From the NCBI GenBank assembly GCA_964455675.1, contig CAYVYK010000015.1, forward strand, positions 1 through 37,293: a stretch of DNA of 37,293 nt, read 5' to 3'. A model generated the notes under the pieces. It made no database searches, was not told the DNA's origin, and was given only the letters and a program-made list of their open reading frames with translations. Shown in pieces: positions 8,505 through 20,341 of the stretch. The position numbers were made by a program, and so were the translations under genes. The stretch is from an uncultured Methanosarcinales archaeon. Its GTDB lineage: Archaea; Nanobdellota; Nanobdellia; Woesearchaeales; CAYVYK01. Numbering within the stretch: position 1 is the stretch's first letter; every line of letters starts with the position of its first letter.

Positions 8505-8605
8505 GGATTCCTCTCATCAGAGGTACTATATGAATGTATGCAGGGGCGGTTTCTTGATAATAGTGCACCAACAAGAATAAATACGCAAAGGGTTGTTTCC
8601 AGTTC

Positions 8606-9349
8606 ATGGAGGCAGATCAGTGGGACGGGTATGCAGATGATTACCATGATTATGTGATTAGCCCTCTCAAGGAAGGCAGAAGTGCGAGATTGCTCGCAGA
8701 CCTGCAAAGAATTCCTGAAGCTCGAATTCTCTCGGTGGCTGACATCGGCACCGGCCGCGGGGAGCTGCTGCCGTTTCTGTCTAGGACGTTTGGCCAGGTT
8801 CATGCGATTGACTTCTCAAAGCGTATGCTTTCCATTGCGCGGAAGCACAAAGCAAGGAATGTTGCATTCCATTGCGCGGACATGCGGGAACTATCCCGTC
8901 TCGGATTGAGATTTGATGTTGCTATTGCCGTAAACGCGGTGCTTCATCCGTCCTTGAAAGATGTTCGCACGTCGCTCTCGGAGATCTTTGCATGCCTTAA
9001 CGATTCTGGTGTGCTTCTCAGTGTCTTTCCGTCGATGGAAGCCGTGCTTCATAACTCGATGCTTGTCTACGAGCGTGAATTTGGTAAAGATGAGGCTCGC
9101 TCGCTGACGCGTGCTCGCCGTATCACGGAACGCGGCAAGTATGATGTTCTCCGTGGTGTGTACGCTGACGGCTTGGAGATCCAAAAATTGTTTTACAAGC
9201 CCGAGCTCGTACGAAGGCTTCGCGAGGCGGGATTCTCGCGCGTGCGTTTCAAACGGATTAGTTACCCTTGGGGGAAAACGGGTGATTTCGAGGACTTTCC
9301 AGGGGAAGAGCCGATGTGGGACTGGTATGTGATCGCATCAAAGAACTGA
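8606..9349 (+). CDS. Class I SAM-dependent methyltransferase
   Basis: VADIGTGRG motif I, AIDFSKRML motif II, ADMREL, FDVAIAVNAVLH. Confidence 0.92.
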   Translation: MEADQWDGYADDYHDYVISPLKEGRSARLLADLQRIPEARILSVADIGTGRGELLPFLSRTFGQVHAIDFSKRMLSIARKHKARNVAFHCADMRELSRLGLRFDVAIAVNAVLHPSLKDVRTSLSEIFACLNDSGVLLSVFPSMEAVLHNSMLVYEREFGKDEARSLTRARRITERGKYDVLRGVYADGLEIQKLFYKPELVRRLREAGFSRVRFKRISYPWGKTGDFEDFPGEEPMWDWYVIASKN

Positions 9350-9356
9350 TTGATCA

Positions 9357-9764
9357 TTATGATACAGTGAGCGCCACAAGAGTCCACCAGCTGATAAAGG
9401 ATACCACCATCGATACTGCTATTTTCACCTGGAGCGTGGATGGCAACAGTTTCTTTTGTGGATGCTTATCAAGCTCTGGACTGATGGAGAGGCTGAGAAA
9501 GGTTCCATTCGCGACAAGGATGATTATGAGGACGGTCTTCAGAAGGTGCATGAGTGATCCGTCGAAGATAAACATCCAGCTTGCAGCCATCAGAATGGTC
9601 CCAATCCATATGAGTGGTTTTGTTACGTGATGCGCCTTGATGGTTATGTCAGTCCATGTTGTTGATCGTCTGCTGATGAAACCCATTGTATCAATGACCG
9701 TGACGGCTCCAAGTGCGATGATGATTCCTGCGAAATGCAGGAAAAGTAGTGTTGACATGATCAT
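9357..9764 (-). CDS. Hypothetical 4-TM membrane protein
   Basis: Hydrophobic from M(IM)STLLFLHFAG. ATGA overlap with the upstream stop at 9761-9764. The ORF-track extension to 9884 overlaps the upstream gene. Confidence 0.78.
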   Translation of the reverse strand: MIMSTLLFLHFAGIIIALGAVTVIDTMGFISRRSTTWTDITIKAHHVTKPLIWIGTILMAASWMFIFDGSLMHLLKTVLIIILVANGTFLSLSISPELDKHPQKKLLPSTLQVKIAVSMVVSFISWWTLVALTVS

Positions 9765-10267
9765 ATCCTCCTGCTGTCGATCGCCCAGTGGAGTAGCGCT
9801 TGCCGCTGCTTTCGCCTGCAAGAGAGAAATCCTTTGGGACAGTTCTTCTTGATTTGCGCTATATGCCTGCTCATGTTTTTCCATCGCCTGATTTGCCGCT
9901 CATCGTCCGGATGCCTTCGTCCAAGGTAATACCTGCAGTACCACTGGAACCATCCGCGCGGATCATCGGGATGTATCCACCCCTTCTGTTGCCATACGTG
10001 GAGCGGTTGGGATGCGGCGACTTTGAAGTGGTTCTGGTGTGGATCCTTTCTTCCCACCGAGAGCTTCGCGTTTCTGAACCATTTTATGGGAAATTCTTGC
10101 GGGAGTTCGCCAAAGTAGTCTCCTTCGAATACGCCAAGTTCGAGCATCTCACGCGGTGTCAGATCAGGTTTAAACTCGGGAGCAAAATTTTTCCCGCATG
10201 GTTCAGTAAGCGTATAAGTATATCCTTTCTGGAAAGTATCGTTAATAACAATTTTTTTTGGTTTCAT
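9761..10267 (-). CDS. Conserved hypothetical Trp/Arg-rich protein of unknown function
   Basis: FKPDLTPREMLELGVFEG.YF, GWIHPDDPRGWFQWYCRYYLGRR, DERQIRRW, RQALLHWA; recalled as a widespread uncharacterised family. ATGA-coupled on both sides. Confidence 0.85.
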   Translation of the reverse strand: MKPKKIVINDTFQKGYTYTLTEPCGKNFAPEFKPDLTPREMLELGVFEGDYFGELPQEFPIKWFRNAKLSVGRKDPHQNHFKVAASQPLHVWQQKGWIHPDDPRGWFQWYCRYYLGRRHPDDERQIRRWKNMSRHIAQIKKNCPKGFLSCRRKQRQALLHWAIDSRRI

Positions 10268-10680
10268 GGGTGTTGTCGGTTCTTGATCCCAAGCGCCTTG
10301 TCGATATCTTCCGCCATTACAGATAAGTTATCAAAGATCCTGTTCGCGTCCTGGCGCATTTCCTCAACGGCTGATTTCACGCTTCCCTGCCGAAGTACAA
10401 TGTACCGCTTCTCCCGGCAGACGAATCCGGATTCGATGAGGGTGCGGAGGTGATAGTTCACTCGCTGTGCGCTGAGCTCAAGGTCTTCCGAGATTTTTTC
10501 GGTGGATGTAGTTCCCGCCGCTGACACTTCTTCGAGAATGATTTGAAGTAGTCTTGCGGTGACGCGGTCAGTGTCTCTTCCTGCGCTGAATCCGAAACTC
10601 TCGCCAAGCCATGCAATGTCTTCCTGCAAGTTGACTTCTCGGGGCTTGTTCAGGTTCCGTAGGATGATTTGCTGGACCAT
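10264..10680 (-). CDS. Winged-helix (ArsR-like) transcriptional regulator
   Basis: STEKISEDLELSAQRVNYHLRTLIESGFV HTH-wing plus C-terminal coiled helix. CCTTTATATA box abuts ATG 10701, so ATG 10680 is preferred. Confidence 0.85.
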   Translation of the reverse strand: MVQQIILRNLNKPREVNLQEDIAWLGESFGFSAGRDTDRVTARLLQIILEEVSAAGTTSTEKISEDLELSAQRVNYHLRTLIESGFVCREKRYIVLRQGSVKSAVEEMRQDANRIFDNLSVMAEDIDKALGIKNRQHP

Positions 10681-10701
10681 GAAGTACTGAGGGTGTGCCA
10701 T

Positions 10702-10786
10702 ATATATAAAGGTTTCCTCAATTTAAATGAGATCATTTCAGATAATATGCAATTATATTACTATTTTTCATAAGATTTAAATACTG
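10702..10786. promoter_or_regulatory. Divergent promoter region between wHTH regulator and heat-shock operon, with two short palindromes
   Basis: TATA boxes at about 10702-10712 (-) and AGATTTAAATA at about 10773-10783 (+). Inverted repeats AAATGA-GA-TCATTT (10725-10738) and TAATAT-N6-ATATTA (10743-10760). Confidence 0.55.
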
Positions 10787-10835
10787 AAAGCAACCAACAT
10801 CCACACTCTCTTTCAGAGATTGGGAGGTGTTGATC

Positions 10836-11273
10836 ATGATGTTTGACGAAATGAAACGGATGCAGCGTGAGATGGACGCATTGTTCGAAAGCTTTTTCAG
10901 GAGGGAGCCGTTCTCAGGTCACTTGTTGGAGGGACCATCACGTGATGTCGCAGAGTACCGCCCGCCGGTCTGTGATGTCATGGAAACTGACAAGGAGATT
11001 GTTGCAAGGATCGAACTGCCAGGCATCAGCAAGGAGGATATCAAGATTCATGTGAGCGATGATGGCATTGAGATCAAGGCAGAATCGAGAATGGAAGAAA
11101 AGCAGAAAGACGCACACCGTGTCAGTTTTGCAGGTTTTTACCGCTCGTTCAGCCTGCCGCGTACTGTGGAGGCAGCAAGGGCTAAGGCAGAATACAAGGA
11201 TGGCATGCTGCGGATTACCATGCCTAAGCGAAGGCTTGAGGAGTCTGGGAAGCGGTTGCTCGAGATTCAATAG
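10836..11273 (+). CDS. hsp20: Small heat shock protein, Hsp20/alpha-crystallin family
   Basis: PVCDVMET...IELPGISKEDI...FYRSFSLP...AEYKDGMLRITMPK. GGAGGTG RBS before ATG 10836. Confidence 0.95.
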   Translation: MMFDEMKRMQREMDALFESFFRREPFSGHLLEGPSRDVAEYRPPVCDVMETDKEIVARIELPGISKEDIKIHVSDDGIEIKAESRMEEKQKDAHRVSFAGFYRSFSLPRTVEAARAKAEYKDGMLRITMPKRRLEESGKRLLEIQ

Positions 11274-11306
11274 ATGGTATGCATGATGCAATGGAGGGAG
11301 GAGACA

Positions 11307-11579
11307 ATGAAATTCAAACCGATGGGGGAGCGAGTGCTTATCAAGCAGCACCAGAAGGAAGAGAGAACAAAGGGCGGCATCTATATTCCTGATTCCGCGA
11401 AGGAAGAGCGAAAGGAAGGAACTGTAATCGCCGTCGGACAATACAAGGATGGCAAGGAACTTCCGTTAAAGCCGGGTGACAAAGTGATTTATGGTGGCTA
11501 TAGTTCTGAGGAAATTGAGATCGATGGCGTGAAGCATGTCTTTGTTGAATTCAAGGATGTGCTCGCCAAGTTCGAGTGA
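11307..11579 (+). CDS. groES: Co-chaperonin GroES
   Basis: KPMGERVLIK, ERTKGGIYIPDSAKE mobile loop, GTVIAVG, LKPGDKVIY. GGAGG RBS. Confidence 0.97.
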   Translation: MKFKPMGERVLIKQHQKEERTKGGIYIPDSAKEERKEGTVIAVGQYKDGKELPLKPGDKVIYGGYSSEEIEIDGVKHVFVEFKDVLAKFE

Positions 11580-13846
<2,267 letters not shown>

Positions 13847-13865
13847 AAGGAGTGTTGTTCTGCCA

Positions 13866-13898
13866 TTCTTAAAAAGGCTTTCCACAAGGTTTTTATCG
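13866..13898. promoter_or_regulatory. Back-to-back TATA boxes
   Basis: Minus strand AAAGCCTTTTTAAG serves ATG 13846; plus strand AAGGTTTTTATC serves ATG 13920. Confidence 0.6.
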
Positions 13899-13919
13899 TG
13901 CAGTTCTTTGTACCCTCGC

Positions 13920-14315
13920 ATGGAAGAGTTTATGACGCGCCGGAAGATGACGGAGTACTTCCTCCTCCTTCTGGCTATCGTGCTCGTGCTTTTGACGATT
14001 GGCACGATCGCGTATTCCTCCCTTGAAGGCTGGAGTGTTGTGGACTCATTGTATTTCTCTACAGTTACTCTGACAACCATTGGGTATGGTGACCTCGCAC
14101 CGCACACCGTTGCAGGTAAGCTCTTCACGGTATTCTTCGCGCTTGGTGGCGTCGCAACGATGCTCTACATCCTGACGTTTGTTGGCACGCACTATGTCCG
14201 GTATGTTGAGCAGCAGCGCCCGCTCATCCGTCATCATGTCGAGAAGGAGTTTGGCAGCCGCACCAAGCAGGACAAGTGGGTGATGATCAAGGTTAAGCCC
14301 GAGCAGAAGCCATGA
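13920..14315 (+). CDS. Minimal 2-TM KcsA-like potassium channel
   Basis: EGWSVVDSLYFSTVTLTTIGYGDLAPHTVAGKLFT; no RCK domain. Confidence 0.93.
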   Translation: MEEFMTRRKMTEYFLLLLAIVLVLLTIGTIAYSSLEGWSVVDSLYFSTVTLTTIGYGDLAPHTVAGKLFTVFFALGGVATMLYILTFVGTHYVRYVEQQRPLIRHHVEKEFGSRTKQDKWVMIKVKPEQKP

Positions 14316-14379
14316 AGACGCTTACCAGAGAGAGTATTCCAAAACGATTATTAAGTGTTCAAAATAAGTGTTCACAAAC

Positions 14380-15474
14380 ATGCCACAGAATCGTCTGGTG
14401 TATATTGACAATCTGCGTGTATTTCTGATTGTTCTTGTTGTATTGCTGCATGTCTCGATTATCTACGGGGGCGCGGGTAATTACCCCATCAAAGCTGCCC
14501 CTACTGATGCTTTGAGCCCGATCTTGCTCACGTTCTTTAACGCGGTCTGTCAAAGTTTCTTCATGTCATTATTTTTCTTTCTGTCGGGTTATTTTGTCCC
14601 GCAGTCTTTTGATAGGAAAGGCGCCAGAAAATTCTTCACAGACAGACTGATTCGGCTCGGAATTCCCCTGCTCGTGTATACAACTCTGTTCCGGCCTCTT
14701 GTGGAATACTGTGTCAGGCGGTATTATGGACCGGCGGACTTCTCGGAGATTCTTATGAGTAGTATCTTGCATCCGAAGTGGATTGTTGGACCGCTCTGGT
14801 TTGTGGAAGCATTGCTCATCTTTACTGCGGTGTACGTTCTGTATCGCCTTCTGGTGAATAAGGGAGTTGTTCCCTCCCGGTTTCCAAAGGGAGGTACGAT
14901 TCTCGTGAGCGTGCTGATTATGGGGGTATTCACGTTTGTTGTCAGGATTTTTTTCAAAGTTGGTGTGGAGGTTCATGTGTTCCAGATTGCTCATTTTGTG
15001 CATTACATTTTTTTCTTTTGGCTGGGAATCATGGCATATAGGGCTAATTGGCTCGAGTACCTTGATGAGGCCAGAATATGGAGATGGGTGGCACTTGCCA
15101 CTGTTGTCGCTCTGCCTCTGATGTTTCTGGTCAGTTCTGACCTCCCTATGTACTTCGGAGGTCGTACCTGGCAGTCTGCTGCCTATTCTCTTTGGGAATC
15201 GTTCGCCTGTATGAGTATAAGCATAAGTCTCCTCCTCTTTTTCCAGAAACGATATGATAAGCAGGGTAGTATACTCCGTTGGCTTGCTCCGAATTTTTAC
15301 GTCGTGTATATCATCCACGCACTGGTCGTAATGCCACTCGTGATCATGATCGAATCTGTTGAACTTCACTCAGCAGTAAAATTTCTGGTCGTATCCTTGC
15401 TGGCGTTGGTGTTGTGCTTTCTCGTCGGTTCGGTCGTGAGAATGATTCCTGGATTGAAGAGAGTTCTCGGTTAA
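14380..15474 (+). CDS. Acyltransferase family 3 (OpgC/MdoC-like) membrane protein
   Basis: RLVYIDNLRVFLIVLVVLLH, FFMSLFFFLSGYF, RLIRLGIP, GPLWFV, VYIIH; about 10 TM segments. Confidence 0.93.
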   Translation: MPQNRLVYIDNLRVFLIVLVVLLHVSIIYGGAGNYPIKAAPTDALSPILLTFFNAVCQSFFMSLFFFLSGYFVPQSFDRKGARKFFTDRLIRLGIPLLVYTTLFRPLVEYCVRRYYGPADFSEILMSSILHPKWIVGPLWFVEALLIFTAVYVLYRLLVNKGVVPSRFPKGGTILVSVLIMGVFTFVVRIFFKVGVEVHVFQIAHFVHYIFFFWLGIMAYRANWLEYLDEARIWRWVALATVVALPLMFLVSSDLPMYFGGRTWQSAAYSLWESFACMSISISLLLFFQKRYDKQGSILRWLAPNFYVVYIIHALVVMPLVIMIESVELHSAVKFLVVSLLALVLCFLVGSVVRMIPGLKRVLG

Positions 15475-15499
15475 CCTTCGTTATGAAATAACCGGCAAG

Positions 15500-18400
15500 T
15501 CATGATGCTCGCTTTGGCCGTTTCTGGCGCATGAACGCCCAGAATCCAATGATTGTGAGAACGAGGATAACAGACACAACACCGACGATGGATGTGTACG
15601 GCCTGGTTTCGGATATGGGAGTCTGGCTTGGCGCTGGAGTTGGTGTTGTGCTAGGTGTCTCAATGGTCTTTGGTTGTTCCTCGGTAGGTTGCTTCACTGA
15701 TTCTATCCTAAAGTGTGCGGCGTCATTCATGATTTCAAGGAGTGTCACGGTGATTATACTTCCCGAGAGAGGCAGTGATTTGGATTCCTGCTTGGAAAGG
15801 GTCATTTGCTGCGGCGTGCTTGCGATAGTTATCTGTGCTTTGTTTGAATCTAGTGCGTTGACGGTAAGGGTATGAACATCGTTTTCCACGACGAATTCTA
15901 GAGTGTCTGCCCGTGTGACAATAACAACGATCGGCTTCCCTGGTGTGAGATGCGTTCGTTCGCGCTGCGGTGATGGGGATGGTGTTGCCGTGGCAATTGA
16001 TGGTGGAACATAACCGCTTGATGATCCTCCGCTACTACCGCCTCCGCCAGGCGAGTCACCGGGCGGACTGCTTGTGTAGCTGAGGTGCCCTACTGCGATT
16101 GATTGATTTGTGAAAGAGAGGTTGAAGTTGTCCGCGTCATCAGCGGTCGTGACGACAAAATAGTACGTACAGCTGCTTCCGCAGCTTGAGGGGATGCTCC
16201 ACGTGCTGCTATTGCCGCTTTCGTAACTTTGGTTCTTGAGGAATGTCAGTGTCTGGTTGATGTACTCTTTGCTTCTGTTGATGCTTGTTCCATACCAGAG
16301 TTGGTACGTGAGGCCCGTAAAGTCCGGATTCCCTTCAACGTCGTGTAGAGCATGTGCCCAGTTGATCGTTACGGTATTTCCGCTCTTGGAGGCGTTCACC
16401 CGTTGTGGAATGCCTGGGCGAGTAGCATCGATTGCTGTTGCGTTCCGAATGTTTGAGGCATTGCTGAGATTATAGTTCCCTGCAGCATCAACGCTCACGA
16501 CCCGATAATGGTAGGTGGTATTGTGCAGCGTCGTATTGTCTTCAAACCAAGTGCGTGTGGTATTCGCATGGAAGATGTAGGCATTTGGTAGTGTAAAGGT
16601 TGTGGTGTTGCGGTAGATCATGTAGATGCTTGCGTCTGCCACGATTCCCCAGCTGAGGTTGATTGTCCCTCCGACGAGCGCGCTGACGTTCGTAAGGTTT
16701 GGTGCATGTGGTGAGGTGAGGTCTATTGTGAATTGATAGTCCTGGATGCTGTTGCTGTTCCCTCCTGAGTCAGTGCAGTTGATGGTAAATGTGTGGAGTC
16801 CTTCAGAGATATCTGTTACGTTGGTGATATTCCTGTTATAGATACCATGCGCCATACCTTGGACGGTATCATCAACAGACAAATTGCAGTCAAGTGTGGT
16901 ATCATAGTCATCAGTGACGTTGAAGATGAACGTGATATTCCTGCGGGTATGTATTGATCCGTTCGCTGGCTGTTGCAGTGTCACGCTTGGTGCCGTTCCA
17001 TCCTCTATGGTAAAACTCCGCATGGGTGTCATATTCCAGTGGCTGTGCGTGTCGTTCATATACCATAGATAGCGATAGACCGATCCCGGATTACCACTGA
17101 TTGCGCGGACGACCTGCACTTGTTGATCTGTGGTGTATGCTGCGCTCTCATTCGTGAAACTTCCGCTTCCATCATCGTAGCTATAGACGTACATGTTGGC
17201 GGAGTAGTCAGTGATCGTGATATTGAATTCCACCTGCCGATTCTGTTTGGGTGCTGTGATGTTTGTTCTGTTGGCACTCCATTTCGGTGCTGTGGTATCG
17301 TTGACTGAGAATGTTGCTGTGGTACTATTCGGATTGTTGCTGGTATCGTTCGCCCAAAGGCTGATGCGGTAGACTCCTGTCGTCGAGAGATTTGAGTAAG
17401 AGAGGTTGATGATTCCTGTGCTTGCTGATCTAGTGGCAAGAGTGTCTCCGGCCGGAGTGGTTATGTTGAACCGCACGGTGCCAATGGAAACAGCATCGCT
17501 TGCGTTCCAAGATATTCTGATGTTTCCAATGCCGTACTCGATCCATGTTGCATTTGTGGTGATATTCACATGCGGTGCGGTAGTATCCACGCTTCCTTCG
17601 CAGCTGCTCGTGTTGTAGGAGAGGCAGTCAGCAGCACAGCTCAGGTTTCCATTCTCAAAACCCTGCAGGATGCATGTCTGATCGCCAAGTTCCCACCCAT
17701 CGCATTCTTCTCCATCCTCAAGGACATTGTTGCCGCAGCCGATGTCTCGTGGGGAGTACCACAGTGCCGTTGCTGACTCGGGTGCTGGGTCTTCGCTGAC
17801 GGTCCAAAAGGATCCATAGTTGTCTTCGAATGTCACGGCCTCGCCCTGATCTTCCGCCCAGGAGATATTGCATACGGGTGCTAGGAAGTTGACATCCTCC
17901 CAGTCTGTTCCTGGAGGCCTCTGCCATATGTGGATGATGCCTGCGATATCACGATCGATTGCCATTAGTCGTCCGTCTCTTGAGATATCCATGGCGACAG
18001 CTCCTTGGCTATTGAATGGCAGGTCAGATATGTATTCGAACGTTACCGTCCCTGTTCGGGGAAAAGTCTTTCTCCAAATTTGGTTTGGTGAGGTTCTTTT
18101 CGTCGCCCACCAGAGATCCTTTGTGGGAGGATCTACGGCAAATGCTTCCGTGTCATTGTGAGGTACGGCATGCTGCGTGTAGTTGAACTGGATGTATACT
18201 GTAGTGGACGCGATGCTCGTGTTTGCAAATGGATTTTGCCGTTCAGTTGCGCTCACAATAGGTTCCTGGACCTGCCAGTACCATTTCTGATCATAGACGT
18301 TGTCATTATCGCCGATGTTCCCAAAGTAGATGAACCAGTCGTCGATCGTTTCGTTGTAGATTAAGGCGATGTCCTCGACATCCTGCGCTGAGCGGCCCCC

Positions 18401-20341
18401 GTTGATATTCCAGGTTCCAAGATAGTCGCCGCTTCTGTTGATGGCAAACAGTCGTCCATCATTCCAGTTGTCGTTGTGCGTCCAGAATACACCAGGATTC
18501 TTGATGCTTCGTTGGATTCCTGAAGCCTCCCAGAGAGGAGCATCATTATCATTGTCCCTGGTGCCCGTAAAAAGTCCATCAGCGTAATCGCTTGTATTGA
18601 CATACCCCATGGCGATTCTTGGTAGGTAACTGCAGGCAAACAGGTTGTCCCATTCACCAACGGTGAAATTGGTATCAAAGCTTGTGATATTCATAAGTAA
18701 TTTGCGGCTTACCGAGTTGTAGCTTCGGCCATTGCATGATGGAACATCGCAGACGCTTGATGACCTGTTCACGACCGGCACTGTTCCGGTGACGTTATAG
18801 AATGTTAGTATTGCGGATTCGTTGAGTCGGACCATTCCCGCGCCTGCCATGCTGACGCGTATTGACCAATTGGTGATGTCAACATACTCATCCAGGTTAA
18901 GATCGGAAAAATTGATCGTACGGCCTGAGAAATTGATCATGCCATAATCAGATATTTCCAGGATTGCGTCTTGTACTGCTCCGATGTTCGTCGTTGCGTT
19001 GAAGTCAGTTGTTCGACCATCAAATGTTGAGTATGCTGGTGCGTGGGGATTCGTCGCATGTACAGTATAGTTTCTGGCAGGTGATACGTTGTAGGAATGA
19101 GTTGTGTCATTTCCCCACGCACCCCAGTAATAGCTGTATGTACCAGCCGTCAGCTGTACTGAAACGTTGTAGGTGTAGTATGTCAGATTGGTAGCTGAAT
19201 AATTCGTGTTGTTGATCGACAGAAAGACACTTCCATTGGTGTTGAAGACTGTAACGTTGAAGAGCGCTATGCCGCTTCCAACTAAGGTTGCATTGGTGTC
19301 CCAATAGGATGTAAAGATCGGGATCGAGAGATTTGTGAGCGTGCAGTCAGACTGGCAGAGTTGGCCTTCTCCCACACCATCTGTTCCGTCACATTCCTCC
19401 GTGCTCACTTGGATATTGTCTCCGCAGAAGTCATCTTCAAACAGCCACAGGCCGTTGTATGCATCATCAGTACCGCCTGTTCCATCATCTGCATACGCGA
19501 AATATCCGTTGCCAAAGCTTAATCCCTCAAATGTGTTCGTCCTCGCCCCTCCAGTGTTGGGGTCAAGGATGGTCTGAACGTATCCTCCAGCGAAGTTGAA
19601 CGGGTCTACAACGCATGTTGCATCCCCATTGTCTGTCTCCACATAGAGGAGCATATTGTCATAGTCGTAGGTAAGCGCTGGTGTCTCTGTGTCGCCGTTG
19701 CACGCAGGTTTTTCCCATTGCGATATGCAGTCGAGCGTGGAGTTTGTTGGACTGATGCAGTACTTGTAGATATGGCCTGCGCCTTGGTCTTCTGCGAGGA
19801 GAAATCCATCGTACCTGCACGTTCCGGTTAGTGATGCATCGGGAACAAATGCAACTCCTTCTGATCCGCCGTCCTGGGGCCAGTCGTTGTTGCAATCGGC
19901 ATCGGTGGTAGGCCAGTTAAAATCCTCAGGTGTTCCAACTGATCCAAGATCGATCACGTTGTCCGCATCGATGATGCAAATGCCTCCGCCATTTTCGCTC
20001 TGCACGATGAGGACATCACTCGCGGAAGAGACAGTTGTTACCCCCTCGTGATCTCCTGCAGTTCCGCTGCACGAGAATGCGTCGGTCGCGCCGATATATG
20101 CCCCGTCCCCGCCAAAGATCCGAAACTGTGTCTGCAATAAAAGCAACCACTTCTCGCCGGGCGCGTACCACTCGATCCCGGATGCATCAAACAGGTCAGC
20201 ACCTACGTGCCTGCTCACATCGCCAGTGGAAACAGGAGTATGGTATGTGCTTTCCGCCCTCGATAACGGAATAGTCATCAAGAGGACTGCGAGAATAGCC
20301 AATAACCATACGATCAGATTATGGTTGCTCCTTTGCGTCAT
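15500..20341 (-). CDS. Giant membrane-anchored surface glycoprotein: signal peptide, two beta-propeller (SdiA-regulated/phytase-like) domains, Cys-rich modules, Ig/FN3-like stalk, Gly/Ser and Pro/Thr linkers, C-terminal TM
   Basis: Propeller-type motifs DASGI, HEGVT, SEGVAF, FEGLSF and EASGI..WTHND, DVEDIA, IGDN, TEAFAVDP, QGEAVTF. DTTAP Ig-like starts; YHYRVVSVDAAGN FN3-like; many N-x-S/T sequons; TM plus basic tail. Confidence 0.9.
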   Translation of the reverse strand: MTQRSNHNLIVWLLAILAVLLMTIPLSRAESTYHTPVSTGDVSRHVGADLFDASGIEWYAPGEKWLLLLQTQFRIFGGDGAYIGATDAFSCSGTAGDHEGVTTVSSASDVLIVQSENGGGICIIDADNVIDLGSVGTPEDFNWPTTDADCNNDWPQDGGSEGVAFVPDASLTGTCRYDGFLLAEDQGAGHIYKYCISPTNSTLDCISQWEKPACNGDTETPALTYDYDNMLLYVETDNGDATCVVDPFNFAGGYVQTILDPNTGGARTNTFEGLSFGNGYFAYADDGTGGTDDAYNGLWLFEDDFCGDNIQVSTEECDGTDGVGEGQLCQSDCTLTNLSIPIFTSYWDTNATLVGSGIALFNVTVFNTNGSVFLSINNTNYSATNLTYYTYNVSVQLTAGTYSYYWGAWGNDTTHSYNVSPARNYTVHATNPHAPAYSTFDGRTTDFNATTNIGAVQDAILEISDYGMINFSGRTINFSDLNLDEYVDITNWSIRVSMAGAGMVRLNESAILTFYNVTGTVPVVNRSSSVCDVPSCNGRSYNSVSRKLLMNITSFDTNFTVGEWDNLFACSYLPRIAMGYVNTSDYADGLFTGTRDNDNDAPLWEASGIQRSIKNPGVFWTHNDNWNDGRLFAINRSGDYLGTWNINGGRSAQDVEDIALIYNETIDDWFIYFGNIGDNDNVYDQKWYWQVQEPIVSATERQNPFANTSIASTTVYIQFNYTQHAVPHNDTEAFAVDPPTKDLWWATKRTSPNQIWRKTFPRTGTVTFEYISDLPFNSQGAVAMDISRDGRLMAIDRDIAGIIHIWQRPPGTDWEDVNFLAPVCNISWAEDQGEAVTFEDNYGSFWTVSEDPAPESATALWYSPRDIGCGNNVLEDGEECDGWELGDQTCILQGFENGNLSCAADCLSYNTSSCEGSVDTTAPHVNITTNATWIEYGIGNIRISWNASDAVSIGTVRFNITTPAGDTLATRSASTGIINLSYSNLSTTGVYRISLWANDTSNNPNSTTATFSVNDTTAPKWSANRTNITAPKQNRQVEFNITITDYSANMYVYSYDDGSGSFTNESAAYTTDQQVQVVRAISGNPGSVYRYLWYMNDTHSHWNMTPMRSFTIEDGTAPSVTLQQPANGSIHTRRNITFIFNVTDDYDTTLDCNLSVDDTVQGMAHGIYNRNITNVTDISEGLHTFTINCTDSGGNSNSIQDYQFTIDLTSPHAPNLTNVSALVGGTINLSWGIVADASIYMIYRNTTTFTLPNAYIFHANTTRTWFEDNTTLHNTTYHYRVVSVDAAGNYNLSNASNIRNATAIDATRPGIPQRVNASKSGNTVTINWAHALHDVEGNPDFTGLTYQLWYGTSINRSKEYINQTLTFLKNQSYESGNSSTWSIPSSCGSSCTYYFVVTTADDADNFNLSFTNQSIAVGHLSYTSSPPGDSPGGGGSSGGSSSGYVPPSIATATPSPSPQRERTHLTPGKPIVVIVTRADTLEFVVENDVHTLTVNALDSNKAQITIASTPQQMTLSKQESKSLPLSGSIITVTLLEIMNDAAHFRIESVKQPTEEQPKTIETPSTTPTPAPSQTPISETRPYTSIVGVVSVILVLTIIGFWAFMRQKRPKRAS

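Noticed and set aside
13847..14128. Head-to-head genes overlapping at a shared CATG (13919-13922), or 309-aa/218-aa overlapping ORFs
   Set aside because: Back-to-back TATA boxes at 13866-13898 support starts at 13846 (-) and 13920 (+); the extensions are antisense read-through.
14569..15369. 266-aa antisense ORF in the acyltransferase; likewise 24561-25220 and 33671-34504
   Set aside because: Antisense or off-frame shadows of well-supported genes, with no motifs.
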